Origin: Planctomycetaceae bacterium
GTDB lineage: Bacteria > Planctomycetota > PLA2
Direction: 5' to 3'
Assembly (NCBI GenBank): GCA_011525755.1
Contig: WYBS01000033.1
Coordinates: 3,691 to 67,690 of the forward strand
DNA: 64,000 nucleotides
Positions 38,240-47,405 of the stretch are shown piece by piece. The position numbers were made by a program, and so were the translations under genes. Position 1 is the stretch's first letter. Each line of letters opens with the position of its first letter. Below the pieces are notes generated by a model that saw only the letters and a program-made list of their open reading frames with translations, was not told the origin of the DNA and made no database searches.

Positions 38240-40087
38240 TTGTGCGGGTGGGCCGGATACACGGCCGACGAGGAGAGCCGGCGCAAGCTCCTCGCGCGGA
38301 TGGCGGAGGCGCTCTCGGCGCACGACGGGAGCGAGGTCTCCACGCGGGGCTCCGTCGGCTGCGGCCTCGCGGTCGCCGCGTTTCACGGGAACGCCGCGGT
38401 CCACGAGGAGGGGGACCTGCACGTGGCGATCGCCGGGCGCCCGGTCTGGAACGACCGGGAGCTCGCCGAGCTCGCCGCGCGCGCCGGCCACGGGAAGGCG
38501 CTCGCGGCCGCCTACGCCGCGAAGGGCGTGAAGCTCCTCGACCTCCTCGGCGGGGCGTTCGCGCTCGCGGTCCTGCGCGACGGGGACTGGCAGGCGCTCC
38601 TCGCGACCGACCGGCTGGGGACGATCCCGCTCGACTACGCCTTCCGCCACGGCTGCCTCGTGTTCGGCACGCACGGCGAGGCGCTCCAGGCGCACCCGCG
38701 CGCGGAGTCGGAGATCGACCCGCAGGGGCTCTTCTCCTATTTCTTCCAGTCCGCCGTCGCCGCGCCCGGGACGGTGCGGAAGCACCACCGGCGCCTGCTG
38801 CCGGGCCACCGCCTCCTCCTGAAGGGCGGGAAGATCGAGGTCGAGGCCTACTTCCGCCAGAAGATCACCGAGGAGCGACGGCCGCTCGCGGAGGCGGAGG
38901 AGGAGTTCCGCTCGCTCGTGCAGGCGGGTGTCGAGCTCGCGGCGAAGGGTGCGGAGGTGGGCGCGTTCCTGAGCGGCGGCACCGACAGCTCGACCGTCGC
39001 CGGGATGCTCACGAGGATCCTCGGGCGGCCCGCCCGCACCTACTCCATGGGTTTCGAGGCCGAGGGCTTCGACGAGATGGAGTATGCGCGGTGCGCCGCG
39101 AAGCACTTCGGCACCGACCACCACGAGTACTACGTGACGCCCGAGGACGTCCTCGAGGCGGTCCCGCGCATCGCCGAGGTGCACGGGGACCCCTTCGCCA
39201 ACGAGTCGGCCGTGCCGACGTTCTGCTGCGCGCGGCTCGCCGCGCAGGACGGCGTCACGCGCATGCTCGCGGGCGACGGCGGCGACGAGCTCTTCGGCGG
39301 CAACGAGCGCTACGCGAAGCAGGGCACCTTCGAGCGGTACGCGCGTGTCCCGGGCTTCCTGCGCGTCCCGCTCGAGGCGATCCTCGCCATGGTCCCCATG
39401 GGCGACCGGCTGTGGCCGTTCCGCAAGATGCGGAGCTACATCCGCCAGGCGAAGACGCCGCTGCCCGACCGGATGCACGAGTACAACCTCGTCCTCCGGC
39501 TCGGCGCCCGGAACATCTTCACGCCCGAGTTCCTGAAGCAGGTGGACGCCGAGGCGCCGATGCGTCTCGCGCGCCACGTCTGGACGAATGCGGGCGAGGC
39601 GAGCTACGTCAACAAGATGCTCGCGTACGACTGGAAGTTCACGCTGGCGGACAACGACCTGCCGAAGGTCTCGCGCTCGTGCGAGCTCGCGCGCATCGAC
39701 ATCGCCTACCCGTTCCTCACCGACGAGCTCGCGTCCTTCGCGGCGCGCCTGCCGACGGACTGGAAGGTGAAGGGCAAGGAGCTCCGCTGGTTCTTCAAGC
39801 GCGCGCTCAGGGACTTCCTGCCGGAGAAGATCCTCCGCAAGAAGAAGCACGGCTTCGGCCTGCCGTTCGGCCTCTGGCTGCGCACGCACAAGGGGCTCCA
39901 GCAGCTCTCCGGGGAGTCGCTCTCCGACCTGAAGCGGCGCGGCATCGTGCGGCCCGCGTTCGTGGACGAGGTCCTGAAGCTCCACCGGAGCGACCACGCG
40001 ACCTTCTACGGCGTCATGGTGTGGCGCCTGATCATGCTCGAGCAGTGGTTCAAGGTGCACGAGCGCCAGCCGGCGCAGGTGAAGTGA
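38240..40087 (+). CDS. Asparagine synthetase (glutamine-hydrolysing) family amidotransferase, paralogue 2
   Basis: A TTG at 38240 yields MCGWAGY, a proper Cys2 nucleophile. The track's ATG at 38231 would give MSGLCGW. PP-loop FLSGGTDSSTVAG. Confidence 0.8.
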   Translation: MCGWAGYTADEESRRKLLARMAEALSAHDGSEVSTRGSVGCGLAVAAFHGNAAVHEEGDLHVAIAGRPVWNDRELAELAARAGHGKALAAAYAAKGVKLLDLLGGAFALAVLRDGDWQALLATDRLGTIPLDYAFRHGCLVFGTHGEALQAHPRAESEIDPQGLFSYFFQSAVAAPGTVRKHHRRLLPGHRLLLKGGKIEVEAYFRQKITEERRPLAEAEEEFRSLVQAGVELAAKGAEVGAFLSGGTDSSTVAGMLTRILGRPARTYSMGFEAEGFDEMEYARCAAKHFGTDHHEYYVTPEDVLEAVPRIAEVHGDPFANESAVPTFCCARLAAQDGVTRMLAGDGGDELFGGNERYAKQGTFERYARVPGFLRVPLEAILAMVPMGDRLWPFRKMRSYIRQAKTPLPDRMHEYNLVLRLGARNIFTPEFLKQVDAEAPMRLARHVWTNAGEASYVNKMLAYDWKFTLADNDLPKVSRSCELARIDIAYPFLTDELASFAARLPTDWKVKGKELRWFFKRALRDFLPEKILRKKKHGFGLPFGLWLRTHKGLQQLSGESLSDLKRRGIVRPAFVDEVLKLHRSDHATFYGVMVWRLIMLEQWFKVHERQPAQVK

Positions 40088-40103
40088 GGGGGCTCCGGGG
40101 GCC

Positions 40104-42080
40104 ATGTGCGGCATCGCAGGGGTGTTCCACCGCGACGGGCGGCCGGTCGACGCGGACGTGCTCGTCCGGATGACGCGGTCGATCGTCCACCGCGGCCCGG
40201 ACGAGGAGGGCTACTTCCTCAACCGGCAGGACGCGGCCGGGTGCTGCCCGGGCGTGCCGATGCGCGGCCTCCTTCGCCGCGACGGCGACGGCCACGTCGG
40301 CTTCGGCCACCGCCGCCTCTCGATCATCGACCTGAAGACGGGCCAGCAGCCGCTCTCGAACGAGGACGGCACGGTCTGGATCACGTTCAACGGCGAGATC
40401 TACAACTTCGCGGAGCTCCGGCGCGAGCTCGAGGCGAAGGGGCACGTGTTCCGCACGAACTCGGACACCGAGATGATCGTGCACGCGTGGGAAGAGTGGG
40501 GGCCCGAGGCGGTGAAGCGCTTCCGGGGCATGTTCGCGTTCGCCGTCTGGGACGAGAGGAAGCGCACGCTCTGGCTCGGCCGCGACCGGCTCGGGAAAAA
40601 GCCGCTCTACTACTGCGACCACGAGGGCTCGTTCCTCTTCGGCTCGGAGCTGAAGACGATCCTCCAGGCCCCCGGAACCCCCCGCGATATCGATGTGGCG
40701 GCGCTGTCGGACTACCTGTCGTTCCAGTACGTGCCGGCGCCGAAGTCGATCTTCAAGCACATCCGGAAGCTCCCGCAGGCGCACTACGCGGTCGTGACGG
40801 AGCGCGAGGTGCGGATCGTGCCGTACTGGACGATCGACTTCACGCCCGTGCGCACCGAGAAGCCGGAGCAGCTCATGGAGGAGGTGCTCGAGGACCTCCG
40901 CGAGGCCGTGAAGATCCGGCTCATGAGCGAGGTGCCCTTGGGCGCGTTCCTCTCGGGCGGCGTGGACTCCTCGGCCGTGGTGGGGCTCATGGCCGGGCTC
41001 TCCTCGACGCCCGTGAAGACCTCGTCGATCTCGTTCGGCGAGGCGAAGTACGACGAGGCCGAGTACGCGCGGATGGTCGCGAAGAAGTTCGGCGCGGAGC
41101 ACCACGAGTACTCGGTGACGCCCGAGGCCGTGCCGGTCGTCGAGAAGCTCGCCTGGCACTATGACGAGCCGTTCGCGGACTCGTCGGCGGTGCCCACCTA
41201 CTACGTTTCGCGCACGGCGCGCGAGAACGTCACCGTGGCGCTCTCGGGCGACGGCGGCGACGAGAACTTCGCCGGCTACCGGCGCTACTGGTTCGACCTG
41301 CGCGAGAACGCGGTGCGGAACATGGTGCCGCGGTTCCTGCGGGGTGCCGTGTTCGGCACGCTCGGGAAGCTCTACCCGAAGGCGGACTACCTGCCGCAGA
41401 TCTTCCGCGGCAAGGCGTTCATCAGCAACGTCGCGCGCGACCCGGTCTCGGCCTACTTCTTCTCGATGACGTCGTTCAAGGAGGACCAGAAGCCGCAGCT
41501 GCTCCTGCCCGAGGTCTCGCGCGAGCTCCGAGGGTACTCCTCGCTCGACGGCTTCCGCGCGACCTACGAGGCGGCGAAAGCGGAGGACCACCTCTCGCGG
41601 CTCCTCTACCTCGACATCAAGACCTACCTCTGCGACGACATCCTCGTGAAGGTGGACCGGGCGAGCATGGCGGTGTCGCTCGAGGTGCGCTGCCCGGTGC
41701 TCGACCACGTGTTCATGGAGAAGGCGGCAAGGATCCCGTCGGCGATGAAGATCGTCGGGCGGGAGAAGAAGTGGATCTTCAAGAAGGCGCTCGAGAAGCT
41801 CCTGCCGAAGGAGATCCTCTACCGGCCGAAGATGGGGTTCGGGATGCCGGTCGAGGAGTGGCTGCGCGGCGACCTGAAGGAGTTCGCGGCGGAGCTCCTG
41901 CTCGAGGGCGAGGGGACGCGCGCGTTCTTCCGCCGCGAGTACGTGGAGAAGCTCTGGCAGAAGCACCAGTCGGGGCTCTCCAACTTCCAGGCGCCGCTCT
42001 GGATCCTGATGATGTTCAACCTGTGGCACCGCCGGTTCGCGGGCGCCGCCGTCCCCGCCGCCGCCGGGGCCGCGTCGTAG
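40104..42080 (+). CDS. asnB: Asparagine synthetase (glutamine-hydrolysing), exosortase-A-associated amidotransferase-like, paralogue 3
   Basis: MCGIAGVF, RLSIIDL, LSGGVDSSAVVG. 658 aa. Confidence 0.9.
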   Translation: MCGIAGVFHRDGRPVDADVLVRMTRSIVHRGPDEEGYFLNRQDAAGCCPGVPMRGLLRRDGDGHVGFGHRRLSIIDLKTGQQPLSNEDGTVWITFNGEIYNFAELRRELEAKGHVFRTNSDTEMIVHAWEEWGPEAVKRFRGMFAFAVWDERKRTLWLGRDRLGKKPLYYCDHEGSFLFGSELKTILQAPGTPRDIDVAALSDYLSFQYVPAPKSIFKHIRKLPQAHYAVVTEREVRIVPYWTIDFTPVRTEKPEQLMEEVLEDLREAVKIRLMSEVPLGAFLSGGVDSSAVVGLMAGLSSTPVKTSSISFGEAKYDEAEYARMVAKKFGAEHHEYSVTPEAVPVVEKLAWHYDEPFADSSAVPTYYVSRTARENVTVALSGDGGDENFAGYRRYWFDLRENAVRNMVPRFLRGAVFGTLGKLYPKADYLPQIFRGKAFISNVARDPVSAYFFSMTSFKEDQKPQLLLPEVSRELRGYSSLDGFRATYEAAKAEDHLSRLLYLDIKTYLCDDILVKVDRASMAVSLEVRCPVLDHVFMEKAARIPSAMKIVGREKKWIFKKALEKLLPKEILYRPKMGFGMPVEEWLRGDLKEFAAELLLEGEGTRAFFRREYVEKLWQKHQSGLSNFQAPLWILMMFNLWHRRFAGAAVPAAAGAAS

Positions 42081-42193
42081 GCCGCGAACGGCGTCGCTGT
42101 CAGGCTCGCCGTCCAGCGTGGCCAGGATGCGTTCCGCAGGCTTGATGCGGTCGGCGCCGGACAGGTGGGCGTTGTACCGACGACCGATGTCGG

Positions 42194-42718
42194 CTACTCG
42201 AACACCTTGGCCGCGGCCGCGGGCGGCGAGAAGACCGGGTGGTCGCGGTAGCGCTTCCAGATCACGCGCGTCTTCGCCATGCCGTCGCCCATCCGCGGGC
42301 CTTTGTTCATCGTGAGCGCGATGACGAGCGGCATGAAGGGGATCGCCGTTATCCAGTTCCGCAGGAAGGACCTGCCGAATCCGGCCGGCTCGCCGCTGTC
42401 CCTGTCCACGACCTGGACGCCGCAGATCCACTTGCCGAACGAATGGCCCGCGAAGCCGTCCTTGAAGAACAGCACGCCGTAGATCGCGGCGACGAGGATC
42501 AACCCGGGAGGCTCCCCGTCCCGCGCCATGAGGGCCGCGATGAAGCCGAGGACGAAGCCCACGACGAACTGGAGGAAGAAGACGTCGACGATCCAGGCGA
42601 GCTGCCGGCGCGTGATGAAGCCGGACCAGCAGCGGCGGCAGACCTGGTGGCCGTAGAGGACCCGCGGCCGCTTCATCTTCTGCGCGCTGCCGCAGAGGGG
42701 GCACGGCGTATCCGCCAT
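42194..42718 (-). CDS. RDD-family membrane protein with N-terminal zinc ribbon
   Basis: CPLCGS...CRRC, and an RDD-like segment RRQLAWIVDVFFLQFVVGFVLGFIAAL. Confidence 0.7.
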   Translation of the reverse strand: MADTPCPLCGSAQKMKRPRVLYGHQVCRRCWSGFITRRQLAWIVDVFFLQFVVGFVLGFIAALMARDGEPPGLILVAAIYGVLFFKDGFAGHSFGKWICGVQVVDRDSGEPAGFGRSFLRNWITAIPFMPLVIALTMNKGPRMGDGMAKTRVIWKRYRDHPVFSPPAAAAKVFE

Positions 42719-42863
42719 GCGTGCCTACCTACCGCAACAGCCGGATTGTCGCAAGGGGGGCTGTCCCTCCCGAAAGCACGAGCGCCCCGCGAGGGGTCCC
42801 GGCGCCAGCCGGAGCGGGATCAAAGCGAGGCGCCTCGTTGGGGGTCCGGTCTCGTCCCCGCGG

Positions 42864-44039
42864 TCAGGCGCGGTGGGACGCGACCGCGGCGGGGGCGCCG
42901 CACCGCTCCTCGAAGTAGGCGAGCACCTCGCGGCCCACGTCGGACCAGGTGCGCGCCGGGCGCGGCGTCTCGCTTCTCGCCTCGAGCACCGCTGCGAGCC
43001 CGCGGGCGAACGCCTCCGGCGTCCGCGGCGCGAGGATGCCCTCCGCGCGCGAGGGCAGAGCCTCGCGCATCTCCGGGATGTCGCTTGCGAGGCACCGCGT
43101 CCCGCACGCGAGCGACTCGAGGACCGCGTTCGGCGAGCCGGCCCACCGGCCCGGGTGCGCCGACGCGTCCGCCGCCGAGAACCAGAGCGGCACCTGCTGG
43201 GGCGGCACCGGGCCCATCACCCGCACGCGGTGCGAGAGCCCCATCTCCGTCGCGCGCCGGCGGAACGCCTCGAACTCCCCCTCGCCCACGACGTCGAGCA
43301 CGATGTCCATCGGCGCGTCCGGGTGCCGGAGCGCCTCGAGCAGGAGATCCTGCCCGTGCACGTCGTCCACGCGGCCCACGCACACCACGCGCCGCCCCTC
43401 GACCGGCAGCCCGAGCGCCCGGCGCGCCTGCGCGCGGTCGCGCGGATGAAAGACCGCGGCGTCCACGCCGTTCGGGATCACGCGGATGTCGCCCTCGGTG
43501 AAGGGGCGGAGCGCCGCCGCGAGATCCTTCGACATCGCGATGGTCCCCCGGGCCCCCCCCAATGCCTCGCGGATGCGGCGCGCGATCGCGGGGATCCTCG
43601 CGATCCGCTTCACGTCGCTCCCGCGCGCGGAGACGATGTACGGGATAGTGAGCTCCCTCGCCACGCGCGCGACCGCGCACGCGTCGGGATAGAGGTAGTG
43701 GACGTCGATCACGTCGGGGCGGAAGCGCGCCGCCTCCTCGCGCAGCGCCGGCCGGATCGCGCGCGCGTAGGCGCGGTCCTGGAACCACATCCCGATCTTC
43801 GGGAGCATGAGGTAGCGCGGGCGGCGCACCGCGACGCCCTCGATCTCCTCCGCCTTGGGCATCGCGCGCAGGTCCCGGTAGCCGGAAGGGAGGGGGCCCG
43901 GGGGAACCCACGGCTGGGGCGAGACCACCCGCACCTCCGCGCCCTCCGCGCGCATCGCCAGCACGCGGCGGAGCACGAAGACCCCGTTCGCCGGGAGCGG
44001 CCGGCCCGGGAAGAGGGACGTGACCGTCAGGATCCTCAT
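42864..44039 (-). CDS. Glycosyltransferase family 4
   Basis: ATG at 44039 gives MRILTVTSLFPG. C-terminal GT4 E-x7-E-like region. Confidence 0.8.
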   Translation of the reverse strand: MRILTVTSLFPGRPLPANGVFVLRRVLAMRAEGAEVRVVSPQPWVPPGPLPSGYRDLRAMPKAEEIEGVAVRRPRYLMLPKIGMWFQDRAYARAIRPALREEAARFRPDVIDVHYLYPDACAVARVARELTIPYIVSARGSDVKRIARIPAIARRIREALGGARGTIAMSKDLAAALRPFTEGDIRVIPNGVDAAVFHPRDRAQARRALGLPVEGRRVVCVGRVDDVHGQDLLLEALRHPDAPMDIVLDVVGEGEFEAFRRRATEMGLSHRVRVMGPVPPQQVPLWFSAADASAHPGRWAGSPNAVLESLACGTRCLASDIPEMREALPSRAEGILAPRTPEAFARGLAAVLEARSETPRPARTWSDVGREVLAYFEERCGAPAAVASHRA

Positions 44040-44049
44040 GGGGAGGCGG

Positions 44050-45351
44050 TCACGCGGCCTTGAGGCCGACCGCGACATTGTTCTGCTGCGGCCGCGGCGG
44101 CTGCGGCAGGATCTTCCCGGCGTCCACCGGCGTCGCGAGGAACGCCCCGATGAGGCCGATGATCGCCCACATGTACTCGGAGAGGAACTGGCTCGTGAAG
44201 GTGCCGGTCGCGAGGAACCCGAAGAGCGCGCAGTTGAGCGCCGTCGCCATCGCCTCGCCGTCCTTGTCGCCGAGCGCCCGGAAGAGGGCGGCGCGCTTGC
44301 GGAGGCGCATCAGGAGGAGGCCGACGACGAGCACGAAGAAGACGAGCATCGGCAGGCCGTACTCGGAGGAGCACTTCAGCCAGAGGCTGTGCGGCTCGGC
44401 CGTGAAGATCGAGTGGCGGTTGGAGACGACCGGGAAGTTGTCGGCGCCCACGCCCGTCAGCGGGTAGTCGAGCGTCATCTTGACGGCGACGGTCATGTGC
44501 TCCATGCGGTTCTTGGCGGAGCTCTCCGTCTGGTACTCGCTGGTCTCGATCGTGGACATGCGCTGCCAGACGAAGTCGGGCATGAGCAGGACCGCGACGA
44601 CCGCGATGACCGCGCCCAGCGCGACGCGCTTGAAGAACCGGCCCGTGAGGAACGAGTACCAGGCGAGCAGCATGGCGAACCCGACGACCGCGCCGCGGGA
44701 CAGGCTGAAGGCCACCGCGAAGACCGCGAAGACGGTGGCTGCCTTGATGGCCAGCCGGACCCACCGCCGCCACCGGCCCTCGTAGTGGAACGCCGCGTAG
44801 ATCATCATCGGGACGCAGGCCGTGCCGGCGACGAGGAAGTCGTTCCGGTCCGTCATCTGCCCGCCCGGGATCGCCATCTCGATGACGGGCTGCATGCGCA
44901 CGAACCCGAGGAGGCCGTGGTGCGCCATCCAGATCCCGACCGACCCGGCGAGCGTGTAGAGGAAGAGCCGCTGTGCCTCGCGCGTGCAGAGGGTCGCGGA
45001 GATGAACGCGAGCGGGATGAAGTACTTGGTGACCGTGATCGTCTTCGGGAGCGCCAGGTCGCGGTACTCCGCCGCCAGCGCGCAGATGAAGAACCAGCCG
45101 AGGGACACGAGGATGACCGTCGCGCCCATGTTCCACCGGCGCTTCCACGGCCGCAGGATGATCGACAGCGCGAGGACCGCGGTGCAGATGTGCACCGGGT
45201 GGATCGCCTCGAGGAGCGGGTGCCGGCGAGCGAACCACACCGGGCGGAAGATGTCGTTCCAGATGAAGAAGCAGCTCGCGTAGACCGCGTTGCCGAGGCC
45301 GAGCGTGGCTCCCGCGGCGAAGGCGGAGAGGACGAAGATCAGTCTGAACAT
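44050..45351 (-). CDS. O-antigen ligase / Wzy-like polymerase family membrane protein (exosortase-A-associated O-glycosylation-ligase-like)
   Basis: More than 10 predicted TM helices. Contains a Wzy_C-like periplasmic loop. Confidence 0.7.
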   Translation of the reverse strand: MFRLIFVLSAFAAGATLGLGNAVYASCFFIWNDIFRPVWFARRHPLLEAIHPVHICTAVLALSIILRPWKRRWNMGATVILVSLGWFFICALAAEYRDLALPKTITVTKYFIPLAFISATLCTREAQRLFLYTLAGSVGIWMAHHGLLGFVRMQPVIEMAIPGGQMTDRNDFLVAGTACVPMMIYAAFHYEGRWRRWVRLAIKAATVFAVFAVAFSLSRGAVVGFAMLLAWYSFLTGRFFKRVALGAVIAVVAVLLMPDFVWQRMSTIETSEYQTESSAKNRMEHMTVAVKMTLDYPLTGVGADNFPVVSNRHSIFTAEPHSLWLKCSSEYGLPMLVFFVLVVGLLLMRLRKRAALFRALGDKDGEAMATALNCALFGFLATGTFTSQFLSEYMWAIIGLIGAFLATPVDAGKILPQPPRPQQNNVAVGLKAA

Positions 45352-45373
45352 GCGGGGGTCCTCCGGGCGGGCG

Positions 45374-46441
45374 TCACGGGAAGTATCTGACCAGCTTGGG
45401 GCCGAGCGCCCGCGCCACCGGGGCGGGCAGGCGGTTCCATGCCTTGCGGAGCTTCGGGAAGAGGCCGCGGTTCGGGTCGGTGGCCCCGTTCCGCTCCGGG
45501 CCGTCGTACTGGTACGGAAGCGGCTCGGCTTCGAAGCCCTGGTTGCACTTGAACTGCACGACCCCCTCGTTCGAGAGGCGGCTCCTGCCGAAGTCGAAGC
45601 GCGTGAGACCGCGCTCGACCGCGTGCTCCATGAGGCGGAAGTACTTGTAGTTGTTCGCCTTGAGGCGGGTCGCGTCCGGGATCTCGCCGCTCCAGAGCGG
45701 CATCATGATCGACCGGAACACGACCGAGAGCACGCTCGCGACCGGGCGCCCCTCGTGGCGGACGACGAGCGTCGAGGTCGCGCCGGGGAAGCGGCGGATC
45801 ACGGACTCGAACATCCGCTTCGGGAAGACCGGCGTGCCGAGGCTCTGGTAGGAGGCGGCGAGCAGGGGGTAGAACGTGTCGACGTCGGCCGCGAAGTCGG
45901 CCTCGAGCTTCCACCGCTTCGTCGCCTGGTTGATCGCCTCGCGCGCCTTCTTCGGGAACGTGCGGTAGACCTCCGCGACGGTCGCGGGCAGCGCCTTCTC
46001 GAACGTCACGAACCCCTCGACGCGGGGAAGGTCGAGAAGCCCCGCGTAGCGGTTCCTGAGCTCGACGGGTCCGAGACCGAGGCCCTTGGCCGCCGAGAGG
46101 AGCGCCTCCTCCGTCGCGCGGTCCTCGCCGACCGCGCCGCCGTACACGGTGTGCGGCAGCGAGTAGAGCGCGCGCCTGCCCCTGAGCGACCGGCAGGCGA
46201 AGAGCGGCAGCACGCCGCAGACGCGGCCGTCGCGCCACGCCGAGAGGTAGAAGGGCTCGTAGCCGAACGTCTCCTCGAGGACGGCCTTCCACCCGGACTG
46301 GTGGAAGAAGGTCGCGCGCGGGTGGGCGAGGACGAACGCGTCCCAGCTCGCCGCGTCGGCGTCCCGCCACGGGCTCACGACGGGCGGCACGTCGCGCGCG
46401 CGCTCGTCGTCTGTCTTCACCGCTGTCTCACTGTGTTGCAT
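45374..46441 (-). CDS. FemAB-related (GNAT-fold) protein, PEP-CTERM-system-associated type
   Basis: ATG at 46441 (MQHSETAVKTDD). FemAB-like segment FFHQSGWKAVLEETFGYEPFYL. Confidence 0.75.
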   Translation of the reverse strand: MQHSETAVKTDDERARDVPPVVSPWRDADAASWDAFVLAHPRATFFHQSGWKAVLEETFGYEPFYLSAWRDGRVCGVLPLFACRSLRGRRALYSLPHTVYGGAVGEDRATEEALLSAAKGLGLGPVELRNRYAGLLDLPRVEGFVTFEKALPATVAEVYRTFPKKAREAINQATKRWKLEADFAADVDTFYPLLAASYQSLGTPVFPKRMFESVIRRFPGATSTLVVRHEGRPVASVLSVVFRSIMMPLWSGEIPDATRLKANNYKYFRLMEHAVERGLTRFDFGRSRLSNEGVVQFKCNQGFEAEPLPYQYDGPERNGATDPNRGLFPKLRKAWNRLPAPVARALGPKLVRYFP

Positions 46442-46532
46442 GCGTGGGAGGAATGTCGAGTGGGCGAAACGTCCGTCGGTCCCGCGTTCCAGACGCAAAG
46501 GCCGTACCTTTGGCCCCCGGAGCCCCCCCGGA

Positions 46533-47405
46533 TCACCGCGCGGGAGACGCGGTGAGCACGTCGGACATCGGCCCGAAGGGAAGCGCGGAGAGCAGCGCAT
46601 CGAGCTTCCCGAGGGCCTTCCCGATGCCCACGTAGTGGCGGAAGCGGTTGAGCGCCGGCAGCCCCGCGGGGCGCGGCTGGCCCGGGTCGAACTCCCAGGG
46701 GTGGAGGTAGATCGTCCCGGGCGTCCTGAGCGAGGCGAGGGCCTTTCGTGTCCAGCCGAGCGGCAGGAGCCGGAAGAAGCCGCCGCCGACCGGCAGGCGC
46801 AGGCCCATGAGCGAGCCGCAGGAGACCGGGAACTCCGTGATCGTGCCCCCGTTCCTCAGCCGGCGGAGGTGGGGGGCGCGGGGGGAGGAGGGGATCCCGT
46901 AGCGGTCGTGCCGCACGGGCGCGATCGAGGAGTCGTAGGAGAACCCCTCCTCGGCGAGGATGTCGAGCGCCCAGAGCGACCGCTCGACGATCGAGAACGT
47001 GGAGGCCCGGTAGCCGGTGACGGGCGCCCCCGCGATGTCCTCGAGGAACGCCTTCGCCCTGCGCGTCTCGTCCCGGAACATTTCGGGGGTCTGCCGGTAG
47101 ATGAGCTCGTGCGACCAGCCGTGGCAGGCGACCTCGTGTCCCTGCGCCGCGATCGCGCGCACGACCCCGGGCTCGCGCGCCGCCGCGTCGCCGAGGACGA
47201 AGAACGTCGCCTTCACGCCGCGGCGGTCGAGCAGATCGAGGAGCAGCTCCGTGCTCCGCGCCACGCGCGCCTCGAGGCCGTCCCAGGCCGAGCGCGGGGC
47301 CACGGGACGCAGGTTCTCCGCGTGGTACCAGCACTCGACGTCGATCGTCAGCGCGTGGCGCAGGGCTGCGGCCGTCGCCTGGCCGGTCGCGACGGTCGGG
47401 CTCAC
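46533..47405 (-). CDS. Polysaccharide deacetylase (NodB-fold), PEP-CTERM-locus subfamily-like
   Basis: GTG at 47405 overlaps the ugd TGA (GTGA). ALTIDVECWYH...ATFFVLG...HGWSHE. Confidence 0.8.
   Translation of the reverse strand: MSPTVATGQATAAALRHALTIDVECWYHAENLRPVAPRSAWDGLEARVARSTELLLDLLDRRGVKATFFVLGDAAAREPGVVRAIAAQGHEVACHGWSHELIYRQTPEMFRDETRRAKAFLEDIAGAPVTGYRASTFSIVERSLWALDILAEEGFSYDSSIAPVRHDRYGIPSSPRAPHLRRLRNGGTITEFPVSCGSLMGLRLPVGGGFFRLLPLGWTRKALASLRTPGTIYLHPWEFDPGQPRPAGLPALNRFRHYVGIGKALGKLDALLSALPFGPMSDVLTASPAR

Noticed and set aside
36461-42704. Long N-terminal extension of ORF 36461..40087 and the 884-aa minus ORF 40050..42704
   Set aside because: The extension is antisense to the beta-helix gene. 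The minus ORF is antisense to asnB paralogue 3.
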